DNA of 64,000 nucleotides from Candidatus Aminicenantes bacterium (GCA_963773685.1 CAVZBY010000010.1:32129-96128); one strand, 5' to 3'. Positions 10,499 to 21,488 are shown, numbered from the stretch's first letter. Notes: a model not told the origin generated them from the sequence alone. Made by a program: numbers and translations.

Positions 10499-13400
10499 TC
10501 AACTCATTGTAGTATAACCGGTCAACTCCTTCAAGACGCCGATGGTTGCCTCGAGGAATTCCGCGTCCGGGACCGCGCCCAGGCTCAGGGACATGACCCC
10601 TTGGGGGGTCATCGACCCCCGGTGCCTCTTGAGCAGGGACGGGATCCGGGAAAGGTCCACGCCCGTGGTCGGATAGAACTTGATGACAAGCCGCTCCTCG
10701 GTCCGGTCCAGCGATTCGATCCGGAGCCGCCCGGCCAGGAACTTGACGGCCCCGTAGCGAAGGAGGTTCGCGACGCTCGCCGGGATGTCCCCGAACCGGT
10801 CCCGGATCTCGGTCCGGATCCGCTCGATCTCGGCCAGGTCCTCGACCGAGGACAGCCGCTTGTACAGGTTGAGCCGGAGGTTCACCTGCGGGAGGTAGTC
10901 CTCGGGCACGCGGATATCGGCCTTGAGGTTGATCTCCGTCTTGACCTCTTCGACGGCCTCGCCCTTCTGCTCGCGGATCGCCTGGTCGAGCAGCTGCATG
11001 AAATATTCGTAGCCGACGGCCTCCATCGTCCCGCTCTGGCGGTGGCCGAGGAGGTTCCCGGCGCCGCGGATCTCGAGGTCCTTGGCCGCCAGCCGGAACC
11101 CCGAACCCAGCTCCGAGAACTCCTTGAGGGCCTTGAGACGCTCCTTGGCGAGCGGCGTGAGCTCCGTGAGCGGAGGGACGAGGAAATAGGCCGTCGCCTG
11201 GCGGGCGGAGCGGCCCACCCGGCCGCGCAGCTGGTAGAGCTGGGCCAGCCCGAAGAGGTCCGCCCGGTCGACGATGAGGGTGTTGACGAGCGGGATGTCG
11301 ATGCCGTTCTCGATGATCGTCGTCGAGACGAGGACGTTGTACTCGCGGGCGATGAAGGCCATCATCCGTTTCTCGAGGACGGGGCCGGCCATCCGGCCGT
11401 GGATGGTGACGACGCGGGCCTGAGGGACCAGCTTTTCCACGAGATGGGCCACCTTATCGATGTCCTCGATGCGGTTGTGGACGTAGTAGACCTGCCCGCC
11501 GCGGTTGAGCTCCTGGCGGATGGCCGAGGCCACGAGCTTGGCGTTCCAGGGCGTCACGACGGTGTGGACGGACAGCCGGTCCCGGGGCGGCGTCTCGATG
11601 AGGCTGATGTCGCGAAGACCGGTCAGCGACATGTTGAGGGTCCGCGGGATGGGCGTCGCCGTCAGGGTCAGGACGTCGATATTCGCCCGGAGGCCTTTGA
11701 TCTTCTCCTTGTGGCTGACGCCGAACCTCTGCTCTTCATCGACGACGAGGAGCCCGAGGTCCTTGAACACGACGTCCTTGGACAGGATCCGGTGGGTGCC
11801 GACGAGGATATCGACGAACCCCTTTCCGAGGCCCTCGAGGATGGCCTTCTGCTCGGTCCTGGGACTGGAGCCGGGTCAACCCTTCGACGCGCACCGGGAA
11901 GAGGATCATCCGGGACTTGAACGTCTTGAGGTGCTGGCTCGCCAGGACCGTGGTCGGGCAGAGGACGGCCACCTGTTTCCCGTCCATGACGGCCTTGAAG
12001 GCGGCGCGCATCGCGACCTCGGTCTTCCCGTACCCGACGTCGCCGCAGAGCAGGCGGTCCATGGGCGTTTCGGACTCCATGTCGTTGATGATCTCGCGGA
12101 TGGATTTGAGCTGGTCCTCCGTCTCCTCGAACTCGAAGATCTTCTCGAACTCCGATCCCCAGGGGCCCTCGGGGCTGAAGGCGATGCCCCGGACCGACTT
12201 CCTCCGGGCATAGAGCTCGAGAAGCTCCCGGGCGATCGCCTCCACGGCTTTCCGGGTCCGGGCTTTGGTCTTCTGCCAGGTGGCCGTGCCCAGCTTGTCG
12301 AGGGGCGGCACGACGTCGCCGATCTTGGAGAACTTCTGGACGAGATTCAGGTCCTCGACGGGCACGAGGAGCTTGTCGTCGTCGCGATAGAGGAGCTCGA
12401 TGAACTCCCGGCTCTTCCCGTCCACCTCGACCCGGCGCAGGCCATGGAAGACGCCGACGCCGTAATCCGTGTGGACGACGAGATCGCCGCTCTCGAGGTC
12501 CTGGAATTGCGAGAAGAAGGGCTTCCGCGAAACGCGGTGGACGAGGACCTTCTCCTCGGTGAAGATGTCCCGCTCGGCGAAGACGAGGATCTTCGCCCTC
12601 GGGTAGGCGAATCCTTCGTCCAGCTCGCCGATGAGGAGGCTGACCTCGCCGCTTTTCGGCACGGCGAACGGGTCGGCGGACTCGACCGCCGGGATGCCGC
12701 TCTCGGCGAGCAGGGCCGCCAGTCTCTGCCGGGTCCCCTGGTTGGAAAGATAGATATAGCAGAGGTCCCGCTCCTCGCCGAGCTTCTTCAGGTACTCGAG
12801 GAAGAAGGCGATCCGGTTGTCGAACTTCGGGACCGGCTGGAAGGCGAAGGAGACCGTCGTGCGGTCGGGCTCTGCGCCCAATTCCTGGATGACGAGGGCG
12901 TCCCGGGAGACGGCCTTCCAGAGGTGCGGGAGGATAGATCGCCTCGGGGGGAAGGGAGAACGCGCGGCTCTTCTCCAGCTCGGCGCGATGCTCCGCGAGC
13001 TCCTCCATCGTCTTTTTCCACTCCCTGTCGATCTCGTCCCGGTCGTCGAAGACGAAGACGGAACCCTCGAGGTACCGGGTGAACGGGACGAACCGCTCCC
13101 GGGCGAGGAGGGATAGATAGGCGAACGAGGGGAGGTATTCGCCGCCTTCGAGGAACCGGATCTTCTCCTCGAGGTCGGCCCGGGCCCCGCCGCCGGCCCT
13201 GCGGGCGCGCCGGATCCATTCCTCGAGGAATTCCGGCGTTCCGGGGAACTCCCGGAGGGAGGGCACGAGGGCCCGGTCCAGGCGGCGGAGCGAGCGCTGG
13301 GTCCCCGTGTCGAACTCGCGGAGCGAAGCCACGGTGTCGGCGGCGAACTCGATCCGGACGGGAGCGTCCTGCCAGGGAGGGAAGACGTCGACGATGCCCC

Positions 13401-13938
13401 CCCGCCAGGCGTATTCGCCCGGAGACGCGATGATGTCCTCGCGCGAATATCCGTATTCGGCGAACGTCCTGAGGAGGTCGTCGCGGTCGGCCTTTTCCCC
13501 GACCTCGAGCTTCAGGAACGAGCGGTCGAGGTCCTCGGGAGAAGGAAGAGGCTTCAGGAGGCCGAACGGGTTCGTCAGGACGAGGGAAGGCTTTCCGGAC
13601 CGGATGTCGTACAGGAAGCGCATCCGCGACGATACGGCTTCGAGGGAGGGGGGGATCTCCAGGTAAGGTTCGTCGGAGAGGGCCGGAAGGACGCTCGTCG
13701 GGACCGTCGAGCGAAGCTGGCCCAGATAGAACCGGCATTCCCTTTCGAGGGGATCGAGGTCCCTGGACGGCGGACGGACACATACCAGACGCTTCCCGAG
13801 CTTAAGGGAGAGACCGGCCAGGAGGTAGGGCATGGCGGCGTCGTGGACGCCGGCGATCCGGACCCCCTTGTCCCCGCGCCGGACGGACTCGAGGACCTCT
13901 TTGAATTCCGGCGTATCGAAGAGAAAACCCAGGCTCAC
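10499..13938 (-). CDS. mfd: Transcription-repair coupling factor Mfd (split over three ORFs by two frameshifts)
   Basis: GEYAWRGGIVDVFP, GDLVVH.DYGVG, MDRLLCGDVGYGKTEVAMRAAF, DEEQRFGV, QLRGRVGRS, DLEIRGAGNLLG. Confidence 0.95.
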
Positions 13939-13975
13939 CCGGACATTCTAGACCATTCGAACGGTCCCGTCCATT

Positions 13976-14173
13976 TCAGGCGACGATATCCACGACCCGG
14001 CCGTCCTCGAGTCGGCACCGGAACCGCTCCTCGACGACACCCGTTTTCGGATCCAGGGTCCGCTTCCTCTCCAGGACCTCCCGGACCTCGAAGCGGCGGC
14101 CGTCGATGACGGCATAGCGGGGGGTCTCCGAGGCCTTGGTGCCGGCGTAGAACTCTCCGGGAACCGTCTTCAT
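13976..14173 (-). CDS. Small hypothetical protein (DUF6504-like)
   Basis: RBS GGAGG; MKTVPGEFYAG.K..ETPR....DGRRFEV.EVL. Confidence 0.55.
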   Translation of the reverse strand: MKTVPGEFYAGTKASETPRYAVIDGRRFEVREVLERKRTLDPKTGVVEERFRCRLEDGRVVDIVA

Positions 14174-14297
14174 GAGCGCCCTCCCCCCGGATGCGGTCCG
14201 GGCCGTCATTATAACATTTGTCAAAGGCCTCCCGGGGCGGATATAATCCCGGGGTCGGAAGGGATTTCCGCCCGACGATCGCGACCAGGAGGGAACG

Positions 14298-15445
14298 ATG
14301 AAACTGACCGGGCTCAATAAGGCCGCGGGGTTCGCTCTCGGGATCCTCGCCGTATCGGCGCTCCTCGGCGCCCAAACCCCGGACCGCTTCTTCGACACCG
14401 CGCCCGTGAAACACGAAGGCGTGAGACTCGCCGTCTTCTATCCCTCCGTGGGGACGATCCGGAACATCGAGGCCCTGAGGAGGACGGGGGCCCTGGACGT
14501 CCCGGGGCTCGTCGTGGTCGGCGTCCATCATGCCCGGGAAGCGACGGATTACGCCGCCGCCCGCGCCTACGTCCGGGAGAAGGGCATCGATTGGTTCCAT
14601 TTCCACACCGTTTCGGCGGACATCCCCGAGGACGCCCTCTTCGGGACGAACGCCTGCACTCCGGAGTACGAGCGGATCTTCCGGGCCTCGGACGGCATCA
14701 TCTTCTTCGGCGGTCCCGACATTCCACCCGCGGTCTTCAAGGAAAAGACGAGCCCGCTCACGGCTATCGAGGACCCCGTTCGCCATTATTTCGAAGTATC
14801 GGCCATCTTCCACCTGCTGGGGGGGCTCAGGACCCGTCGTTCAAAGGGCTTCTCGAAGGCAGGCCGGACTTCCCTGTCCTGGGCATCTGTCTGGGCTGCC
14901 AGAGCCTCAACGTCGGAACGGGAGGAACCCTCGTCCAGGACATCTGGGACGAGGTCTACGGGGCGAAGAACGTCGAGGATATCCTCGCTCTCGATCCCCA
15001 GCAATGGCACAATAATCCGTATATCAAGCTCTACCCCCTGGACGGGCTCATCAGCTACAACTTCCACAGGATCCGGCTCGAGGAAAAGGGCAAGTTCTGC
15101 GCGGCCATGGGCTTCAAGGGCTCCGACAGCCCGCGGATCCTCAGCTCCCACCATCAGGCCCTTGAAAAGATGGGGACGGGGTGGCGGGCGATCGCTTCGT
15201 CCCTGGACGGGAAGATCGTCGAAGCCGTCGAGCACGAGAGGTTCCCCAACGTCCTGGGCGTCCAGTTCCACCCCGAGCACCGGCTTCTTTGGGAGAGCGA
15301 TCCCGTCCACCGCCAGGCCCCCGGCGACGCCCCCTTCAGCTACAAGGCCCTCCTCGAAGGGACGCCGCCGAGCTACGATTTCAACCGGGGCATCTGGCGC
15401 TGGCTCGGCCGGATGCTGGTCCGGGCGTCCGGCCCGCGGGCGTAA
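14298..15445 (+). CDS. Secreted class I glutamine-amidotransferase-like peptidase C26 (gamma-glutamyl hydrolase family), one frameshift near 14825
   Basis: Signal peptide; DGIIFFGGPDI, VLGICLGCQ.LNV..GGTL.QDI, SSHHQA, GVQFHPE (Cys-His-Glu triad). Confidence 0.85.
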
Positions 15446-15468
15446 AGGGACATCCGCCGGCTCTCCTC

Positions 15469-15497
15469 TTGACAATACACTACTATTATTGTAGGAT
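15469..15497 (+). promoter_or_regulatory. Sigma70 promoter with overlapping inverted repeat
   Basis: TTGACA-17 nt-TAGGAT; ACAATA-N9-TATTGT spans the spacer. Confidence 0.7.
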
Positions 15498-15526
15498 TTA
15501 AATCGATATCGACGAAAGGAGCTCTC

Positions 15527-15589
15527 ATGAAGCGCTTCACGATCCCGAGAGTCTCGCACTGCAAGAGCGGCTGCCGACGCCGCTCCTGA
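15527..15589 (+). CDS. Unannotated 20-aa basic Cys-containing peptide MKRFTIPRVSHCKSGCRRRS
   Basis: RBS AAAGGAG 5 nt before ATG; flanked by its own promoter and terminator. Confidence 0.5.
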   Translation: MKRFTIPRVSHCKSGCRRRS

Positions 15590-15620
15590 GCAAGAGCATA
15601 AAAGGCTCGTTAGGGAAGAA

Positions 15621-15666
15621 GGCCCGTTTCCCCCGGATGCTTCCGGGAGAGGCGGGCCCTTTTTTT
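15621..15666 (+). terminator. Rho-independent terminator
   Basis: GGCCCGTTTCCCCCGGA-TGCT-TCCGGGAGAGGCGGGCC followed by a T run. Confidence 0.85.
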
Positions 15667-15710
15667 GCCTGAAAGCAGGGTTTGGGTTATCATGGCGTCC
15701 TGGAGGACGC

Positions 15711-16944
15711 ATGAAAGACTCGTTCTGGACCATCGTTCCGCTCCTTTTCCTGGCGGCCGCCTGCGCCAAGCCCGCGAAGACGCCTCCGCCCGCGGGAGTC
15801 CTTTTCAAGGACGACGTCGCCTTCCTCGAGAAACACACCGGCGTGGTCGTCCTCACCGACAAGGACGGCGCCGCCCGGGTCGCCGTGAATCCCGACCTCC
15901 AGGGCCGGGTCATGACGAGCACGGCGGGCGGCCCGGACGGGCCGAGCTTCGGCTGGATCAACCGGGAGCTCCTCGCCTCCAAGGTCAACGACCCGCACAT
16001 GAACGCGTTCGGCGGCGAGGACCGCTTCTGGCTCGGGCCCGAGGGCGGCCAGTTCTCCGTCTTCTTCAAGCCCGGCGAGCCGTTCGATCTCGCGCACTGG
16101 TTCACCCCCCCGCCGGTCAACGAGGGCGCGTTCGAGGTCGCCTCCCGGGCGTCGGACCGCATCACCTTCAGGAAGGACATGCGCCTCGTCAATTATTCGG
16201 GCACCGTCTTCGACCTCGAGGTCGAACGGACGATAAGCCTCCTGGGGCCCCCGGAACTGGCGGCCCTGGGCGTGACCGTTCCCCCGGGAGTCGGGACGGT
16301 CGCGTTCCGGTCCGATAACCGGATCACGAACACGGGGAAGAACCCCTGGGTCAAGGATTCCGGTCTGCTCTCGATCTGGATCCTGGGCATGTTCAATCCT
16401 TCGCCCGCCACGACCATCGTCGTCCCCTTCAAGCGCGGCCCGGAAGCGGAGCTCGGGCCCGTCGTCAACGATGCGTATTTCGGCAAGGTCCCCGCGGACC
16501 GGCTCGTCGTCGGCGACGGGGTCATCTTCTTCAGCGGGGACGGCTTGTTCCGGAGCAAGATCGGTATCGCGCCGCGGCGGGCCCTGCCCTTTGCCGGGAG
16601 CTATGACGCCGAGCGGAGCGTCCTGACGATCGTCCACCTGACCCTCCCCGAAGGGGCGGCGGAATATGTCAATTCGATGTGGCGGATCCAGGAAGACCCC
16701 TACGCGGGCGATGTCGTCAACAGCTACAACGACGGCCCGGCCTCGCCCGGCGCCAAGCCCATGGGCCCCTTCTACGAGCTGGAGTCCTCTTCCCCGGCGG
16801 CGGCCCTGGCACCCGGCCGAGTCCTTGAGCCATGCGCACACGACGATGCATTTCCAGGGCGACGAACAGGCGCTGGACATCATCGCCCGGCAGGTCCTCG
16901 GCGTCGGCATCGCGGAGATCAAGAGCGCCCTCCGACGCCGGTAA
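15711..16944 (+). CDS. DUF6786-like lipoprotein, frameshift near 16820
   Basis: LAAAC lipobox; LQGRVMTST, GGEDRFWLGPEGGQFS, GPFYELESSSPA; C-terminus in ORF 16666..16944. Confidence 0.75.
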
Positions 16945-16993
16945 CGGGGTCCGGCGCCCGTCCGGTTCGTCTCGCCTGTCCCGCTCCTGTCAA

Positions 16994-17016
16994 CGCAGGC
17001 TGAAGCCTGCGGCTAC
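16994..17016 (-). repeat. REP-like palindrome (GTAG type)
   Basis: Reverse strand GTAGC-CGCAGGC-TTCA-GCCTGCG in an intergenic position. Confidence 0.6.
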
Positions 17017-17075
17017 AAGTCCCGCCCGCCCCACCCGGCTTTGCCTTTAAAACATGCGTTTGAGACCAGCCTCCC

Positions 17076-17111
17076 GTCTCGCTTGTCTCGCCTGTCTCGC
17101 TCGTCTCGCCC
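17076..17111 (+). repeat. Tandem 9-bp repeats, GTCTCGCYY x4
   Basis: GTCTCGCTT GTCTCGCCT GTCTCGCTC GTCTCGCCC. Confidence 0.85.
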
Positions 17112-17117
17112 TTTTAA

Positions 17118-17146
17118 TTGACAGCCGCGCGTCCGGTCCCTACAAT
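17118..17146 (+). promoter_or_regulatory. Sigma70 promoter (leaderless type)
   Basis: TTGACA-17 nt-TACAAT, ATG 6 nt downstream. Confidence 0.8.
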
Positions 17147-17152
17147 GTGACC

Positions 17153-17242
17153 ATGACGACCGCCAGGTTCCGCGTCCCCCGGGCCTCCGAAGGCATCGGC
17201 GCGCGACTCGTCGGCTACGTGAACCTCTTCAGCGGGCTGTAA
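17153..17242 (+). CDS. Putative 29-aa leaderless upstream peptide MTTARFRVPRASEGIGARLVGYVNLFSGL
   Basis: ATG at the predicted +1; host-like GC3-rich codons. Confidence 0.55.
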   Translation: MTTARFRVPRASEGIGARLVGYVNLFSGL

Positions 17243-17305
17243 TCCCGCGTCGGCCCATCCCCCGACCTCGAGCGGCTCCCCCCGATTCTGCCCGAAGGAG
17301 GCATC

Positions 17306-18448
17306 ATGAAGAAGATCGTCGTATTAGGCTCGGGCCTGGTCGGCGGCCCGATGGCCCTCGACCTCGCCAAGGACAAGGATTTCAAGGTCACCGTCGTCGA
17401 TAAGGACGCCCAAGCCCTGGCCCGGGTCAAGAAGGCCAAGGGCGTCACGGCCATCCAGGAAGACCTTTCGGACGAGAAGATCGTCCGGAGGATCGTGCAG
17501 AAGCACGATATGGTCATCAGCGCCGTCCCCGGCTCCATGGGCTTCCGGACGCTCCAGACCGTCCTCGAGGCCGGGAAGACCGTCGTCGACATCGCATTCT
17601 TCCCCGAGGACGCGTTCGAGCTGGACGCCATCGCCCGGAAGAAGGACGTCACCGCGGTCGTGGATTGCGGCGTCGCTCCCGGCATGAGCAACATCCTCGC
17701 CGCCCACGCCCGCCAGAAGCTCGACGAGCCGGAGAGCATCACGATCTACGTCGGCGGCCTGCCGGAGGTCCGGGAATGGCCCTACGAGTACAAGGCCGTC
17801 TTCTCCCCGGCCGACGTCATCGAGGAATATGTCCGGCCGGCCCGCTACATCGAGAACGGGCAGATGGTCATCCGCCCGGCCCTGTCCGACCCCGAGCTCA
17901 TGAACTTCCCCGTGGTCGGGACCCTCGAGGCCTTCAACACCGACGGCCTGCGGACCCTGGCCAAGACCCTCGACGTCCCCAACATGAAGGAGAAGACCCT
18001 CCGCTACCCCGGCCACATCGAGAAGATGGCCGTCCTGCGGGAGACCGGCTTCTTCGAAGCCAAGGAGATCGAGATCAAGGGCGTCCGCATCCGCCCGGTC
18101 GACTTCACCGCGAAGCTCCTCTTCCCGAAATGGAAGCTCCATGAGGGAGAGGTCGACCTCACCGTCATGAGGATCATCGTCGAGGGCAAGAAGAAGGGAC
18201 GGTCCATCAGCACGACCTACGACCTGTTCGACCGCTACGACGACGCGACCGGGGTCCATTCCATGGCCCGGACGACGGGCTACACGGCCACGGTGGCGGC
18301 CCGCATGATCGCCCGCGGCCTGTTCGCCCGCAAGGGCATCTCGGCCCCCGAATCCATCGGCCAGATCCCCGAGTGCGTGAAGTTCATGCTGGACGGGCTC
18401 AAGGAGCGCGGCATCGTCTATCACGAGACGATCGTGACCTGCAAGTAG
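17306..18448 (+). CDS. Saccharopine dehydrogenase-family oxidoreductase (lysine 6-dehydrogenase-like)
   Basis: VLGSGLVG Rossmann motif, DCGVAPGMSN, YVGGLP, EAFNTDGLRT, KTLRYPGH, SMARTTGY. Confidence 0.9.
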   Translation: MKKIVVLGSGLVGGPMALDLAKDKDFKVTVVDKDAQALARVKKAKGVTAIQEDLSDEKIVRRIVQKHDMVISAVPGSMGFRTLQTVLEAGKTVVDIAFFPEDAFELDAIARKKDVTAVVDCGVAPGMSNILAAHARQKLDEPESITIYVGGLPEVREWPYEYKAVFSPADVIEEYVRPARYIENGQMVIRPALSDPELMNFPVVGTLEAFNTDGLRTLAKTLDVPNMKEKTLRYPGHIEKMAVLRETGFFEAKEIEIKGVRIRPVDFTAKLLFPKWKLHEGEVDLTVMRIIVEGKKKGRSISTTYDLFDRYDDATGVHSMARTTGYTATVAARMIARGLFARKGISAPESIGQIPECVKFMLDGLKERGIVYHETIVTCK

Positions 18449-18538
18449 ACGGCGCTCCGGCCGGATAGGACCATTTGTATTTGGGCCCGCGATGTGGTTT
18501 ACTGTTTATTCGATCACAGCGGCTTCAAGGAGACGACG

Positions 18539-19555
18539 ATGAAGAGAATCGCGGCATTATCCCTCGCCCTGGTGTTCCTCCTCGCGGGCTGCGCCCGCAA
18601 GGCCGAGAACGTGGGGCTCAAGGAAGGCACGCCGGCCTACACGCTGGCCAAGGAGCTTTCGGCCAAGGTCCCGTCGCTCGACCCGGCGGCCAATAATGTT
18701 CTCGTCAAGACCAAGGGATTCGACGTCACCACCGGGGAGGTCCTCCAGGCCATCCGGGACAACGTGGGGACCCGGTCCGCCCAGCTCAAAGACCTCGAAG
18801 CCGCCCAGGTGAAGTCGATCATCGAGCGCAGCGCCGTCCAGCTCGCCGAGAAGAAGCTCCTGCTCGATGAGGCCATGAAAGCCAAGACCGCCGCGCCCGC
18901 GGGGGAGCTGGAGAAAGCCCTCAAGTCCGAATACGAGCGGGCGGGCGGGGAACAGGGCTTCCTGGATGCCCTGAAGGCGAGCGAGCTCAACATCGAGCAC
19001 GTCAAGAAGACCCTCGGCGAGCAGATCCTCATCAACGCCTTCCTCGAAGCCTCGCTTTCGAAGGAGATCGCCATCTCGCCCGAGGACGTCGCCAAGGCCT
19101 ATGCCGAGGACAAGACGGCCTCCGTCCGGCATATCCTCCTGCTGACGCAGGGAAAGACGGACGCCGAGAAGGCCGCGGCCCGCAAGAAGATCGAGGAGGT
19201 CCTCGCCAAGGCCAAGGCCGGCGAGGATTTCGCCGAGCTGGCCAAGCAGTACTCGGAAGACCCGGGGTCCAAGGATAACGGCGGGCTCTACGAGGATTTC
19301 GGCCGCGGAGCCATGGTCAAGCCCTTCGAGGACGCCGCCTTCTCCGTCCCGGTCGGCGAGCTCAGCGGCATCGTGGAGACGAACTACGGCTACCACATCC
19401 TGAAGATCGAGGGCCGCAAGAAGGAGACTCGCCCCCTGGAAGAGGCCAAGGCCGAGATCGAGACCCAGCTCAAGACGGGGAAACAGCAGGCGGCCTTCAC
19501 GACCTACCTGACGAAGCTGAAGGAGAAGGCGGGTTTCAAGACCGTGGGCTTCTGA
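18539..19555 (+). CDS. PrsA-like parvulin foldase lipoprotein
   Basis: LAGC lipobox; VRHILL, FAELAKQYSEDPGSKDNGG, MVKPFEDAAF, YGYHIL. Confidence 0.9.
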   Translation: MKRIAALSLALVFLLAGCARKAENVGLKEGTPAYTLAKELSAKVPSLDPAANNVLVKTKGFDVTTGEVLQAIRDNVGTRSAQLKDLEAAQVKSIIERSAVQLAEKKLLLDEAMKAKTAAPAGELEKALKSEYERAGGEQGFLDALKASELNIEHVKKTLGEQILINAFLEASLSKEIAISPEDVAKAYAEDKTASVRHILLLTQGKTDAEKAAARKKIEEVLAKAKAGEDFAELAKQYSEDPGSKDNGGLYEDFGRGAMVKPFEDAAFSVPVGELSGIVETNYGYHILKIEGRKKETRPLEEAKAEIETQLKTGKQQAAFTTYLTKLKEKAGFKTVGF

Positions 19556-19635
19556 GCCCGCTCGAAGCTCCTTCCCCCCGGCGGGGAAGCGCGCCCGCCC
19601 TTGAAGGGGTCGGGGGATAAGATTATCATCGGCCC

Positions 19636-20412
19636 ATGGATCTCCTGACCGTTGCCCTGCTCGCCCTGATCCAGGGGATCACGGAGTTCCTGCCGGTGTC
19701 CTCCTCGGGCCACCTCGTCATCGCCCAGCACTTCCTGTCCTGGAACCGGGACAACGTCCTCCTCGACGCGACGCTCCATCTCGGGACGGCGGCCGCCATC
19801 GTCTGGGTGTTCCGGAACGACATCCTGTCGATCGTCTCCGGCCTCTTCTCGCGGGACGCGGCGAAGAAGCGGGCCTCCCTCAGGACGACGGCATTCCTGG
19901 TCCTCGCGACGATCCCGGCCGCGGTCGCAGGCATCGTCTTCAAGGATTTCTTCGAAGGGATGTTCCTGAATCCTCGGGCGACGGGCATCCTGTTCTTCGT
20001 GACGGCGGCCTTCCTCTTCGCCTCCGCCCTGAGGAAACGTCCGTCCGGGCCGCTCGACGCCCCGAAAGCGGCCGCGATCGGGATCGCCCAGGCCCTGGCC
20101 ATCCTGCCCGGCGTATCGCGGTCGGGGACGACGATCAGCACCGCGCTCCTCGTCGGGACGGAACGAAAGGAAGCCGGGCGGTTCTCTTTTCTCCTGGGCT
20201 TGCCGGTCATTCTCGGGGCCGCCTTCCTGGAGCTGAAGGGCGTCTCCGCAGGGTCCTTGTCCCCCGGACTTCTCGTCGCGGCGTTCGCCATCAGCCTCGC
20301 CGTCGGTATCGTGGCCCTGAAGCTCCTGCTCGGTTTCGTCGATCGAGGGAAGCTTCATTACTTCGGATATTATCTGGTCGCGCTCGGGATCGTCTGCCTT
20401 ATCTTCCTTTGA
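19636..20412 (+). CDS. uppP: Undecaprenyl-diphosphatase
   Basis: QGITEFLPVSSSGHL, PGVSRSG.T. Confidence 0.95.
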   Translation: MDLLTVALLALIQGITEFLPVSSSGHLVIAQHFLSWNRDNVLLDATLHLGTAAAIVWVFRNDILSIVSGLFSRDAAKKRASLRTTAFLVLATIPAAVAGIVFKDFFEGMFLNPRATGILFFVTAAFLFASALRKRPSGPLDAPKAAAIGIAQALAILPGVSRSGTTISTALLVGTERKEAGRFSFLLGLPVILGAAFLELKGVSAGSLSPGLLVAAFAISLAVGIVALKLLLGFVDRGKLHYFGYYLVALGIVCLIFL

Positions 20413-20434
20413 GCGACCTGTGGGAGGGCATCAC

Positions 20435-21488
20435 ATGAACAGGATCTTCGCGGTCATCGCCGTGGCGCTCATGACGACCCCCCTCGGGGCAGGGACCACC
20501 CGTCCCGTCCGCGACGACGTCGGCTTCTGTTGGAGCCCGCCAAGCATGGCCCGTCTCGTGGAGTACCTCGACTCCAGGGACGCGGACGCCTTCCCCGGCA
20601 AGGGGCTTGTCGCCGCCATCTCCCCGCACGACGATTACCTTTACGCCGGACGCGTTTATCATCCGCTCTTCAAAGCCCTCCGGACGAGGGAGGTCGTCGT
20701 CTTCGGCGTCACCCATGGAGCGGTCCGGAAGGAGATCGGCGATCCCCGAGGCGTCCTCATCCTCGAAGGATACGACGCTTTCCCCGGATTGGCGAAACCG
20801 ATCGGAATCTCCGGGCTCCGGGAGCGCATCAAGGCCCGCCTGGACAAGGACATGTTCCTGGTCAACGACAAGGCCCATGAGCTCGAACACTCCATCGAAG
20901 CCCTCCTTCCTTTCCTCCAGTACTACAACCCGGACGTGAAGATCACGCCCATCATGGTCGCGCCCATGCCCTATGCCCGCATGGAAGAGGTCGCGGCAAA
21001 GCTGGCGGCCATTGTCTCCGATTACATCCGTGACGAGGGTCTTGTCCCGGGGAAGGACATCTCCTTCCTCATCTCATCGGACGGCAACCATTACGGGAAG
21101 GATTTCGACAACTCCCCGTTCGGCGAGGGAGTCGAGGCCTGGGAGAAAGCGACCGCCCTCGACCGCCGTCTCATCGCCGGCTACCTCACGGGGCCGGTGA
21201 ACGCGGCCAAGGATCGAAGGGCTGACGAAGGAGCTCTGGGGGGCGACCTATATCGATTACAGGAACACCTATTGGTGCGGCAAGTATTCCGTTCCCTTCG
21301 GGCTCCTCGCAGCGGAAAAGATCGTCGCCCTGACGATGGGCAAGAGGCTCGCGGGGACGCTCTTCCGGTATTCGGACACCTATAGCGAAGGCGTTCTGCC
21401 GCTCACGAAGACGGGGATGGGCACGACCGCCCCCTTCTCCCTGCGCCACTGGGTCAGCTTCTGCTCGATCGGCTATTACCTGGACTGA
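20435..21488 (+). CDS. AmmeMemoRadiSam system protein B (MEMO1-like) with signal peptide, frameshift near 21215
   Basis: [33 protein letters not shown]; CGKYSV.FG in the shifted frame. Confidence 0.8.

Noticed and set aside
10499-13938. Programmed frameshifting or pseudogenisation of mfd and other genes
   Set aside because: No consistent slippery motif seen, and breaks are scattered across unrelated genes, including normally essential ones.
15587-15625. Selenocysteine read-through of the small ORF's TGA
   Set aside because: Only three more codons follow, and the nearby hairpin does not convincingly resemble a bacterial SECIS.
17076-17111. CRISPR array
   Set aside because: Units are 9 bp with no spacers, and no cas genes are in the window.
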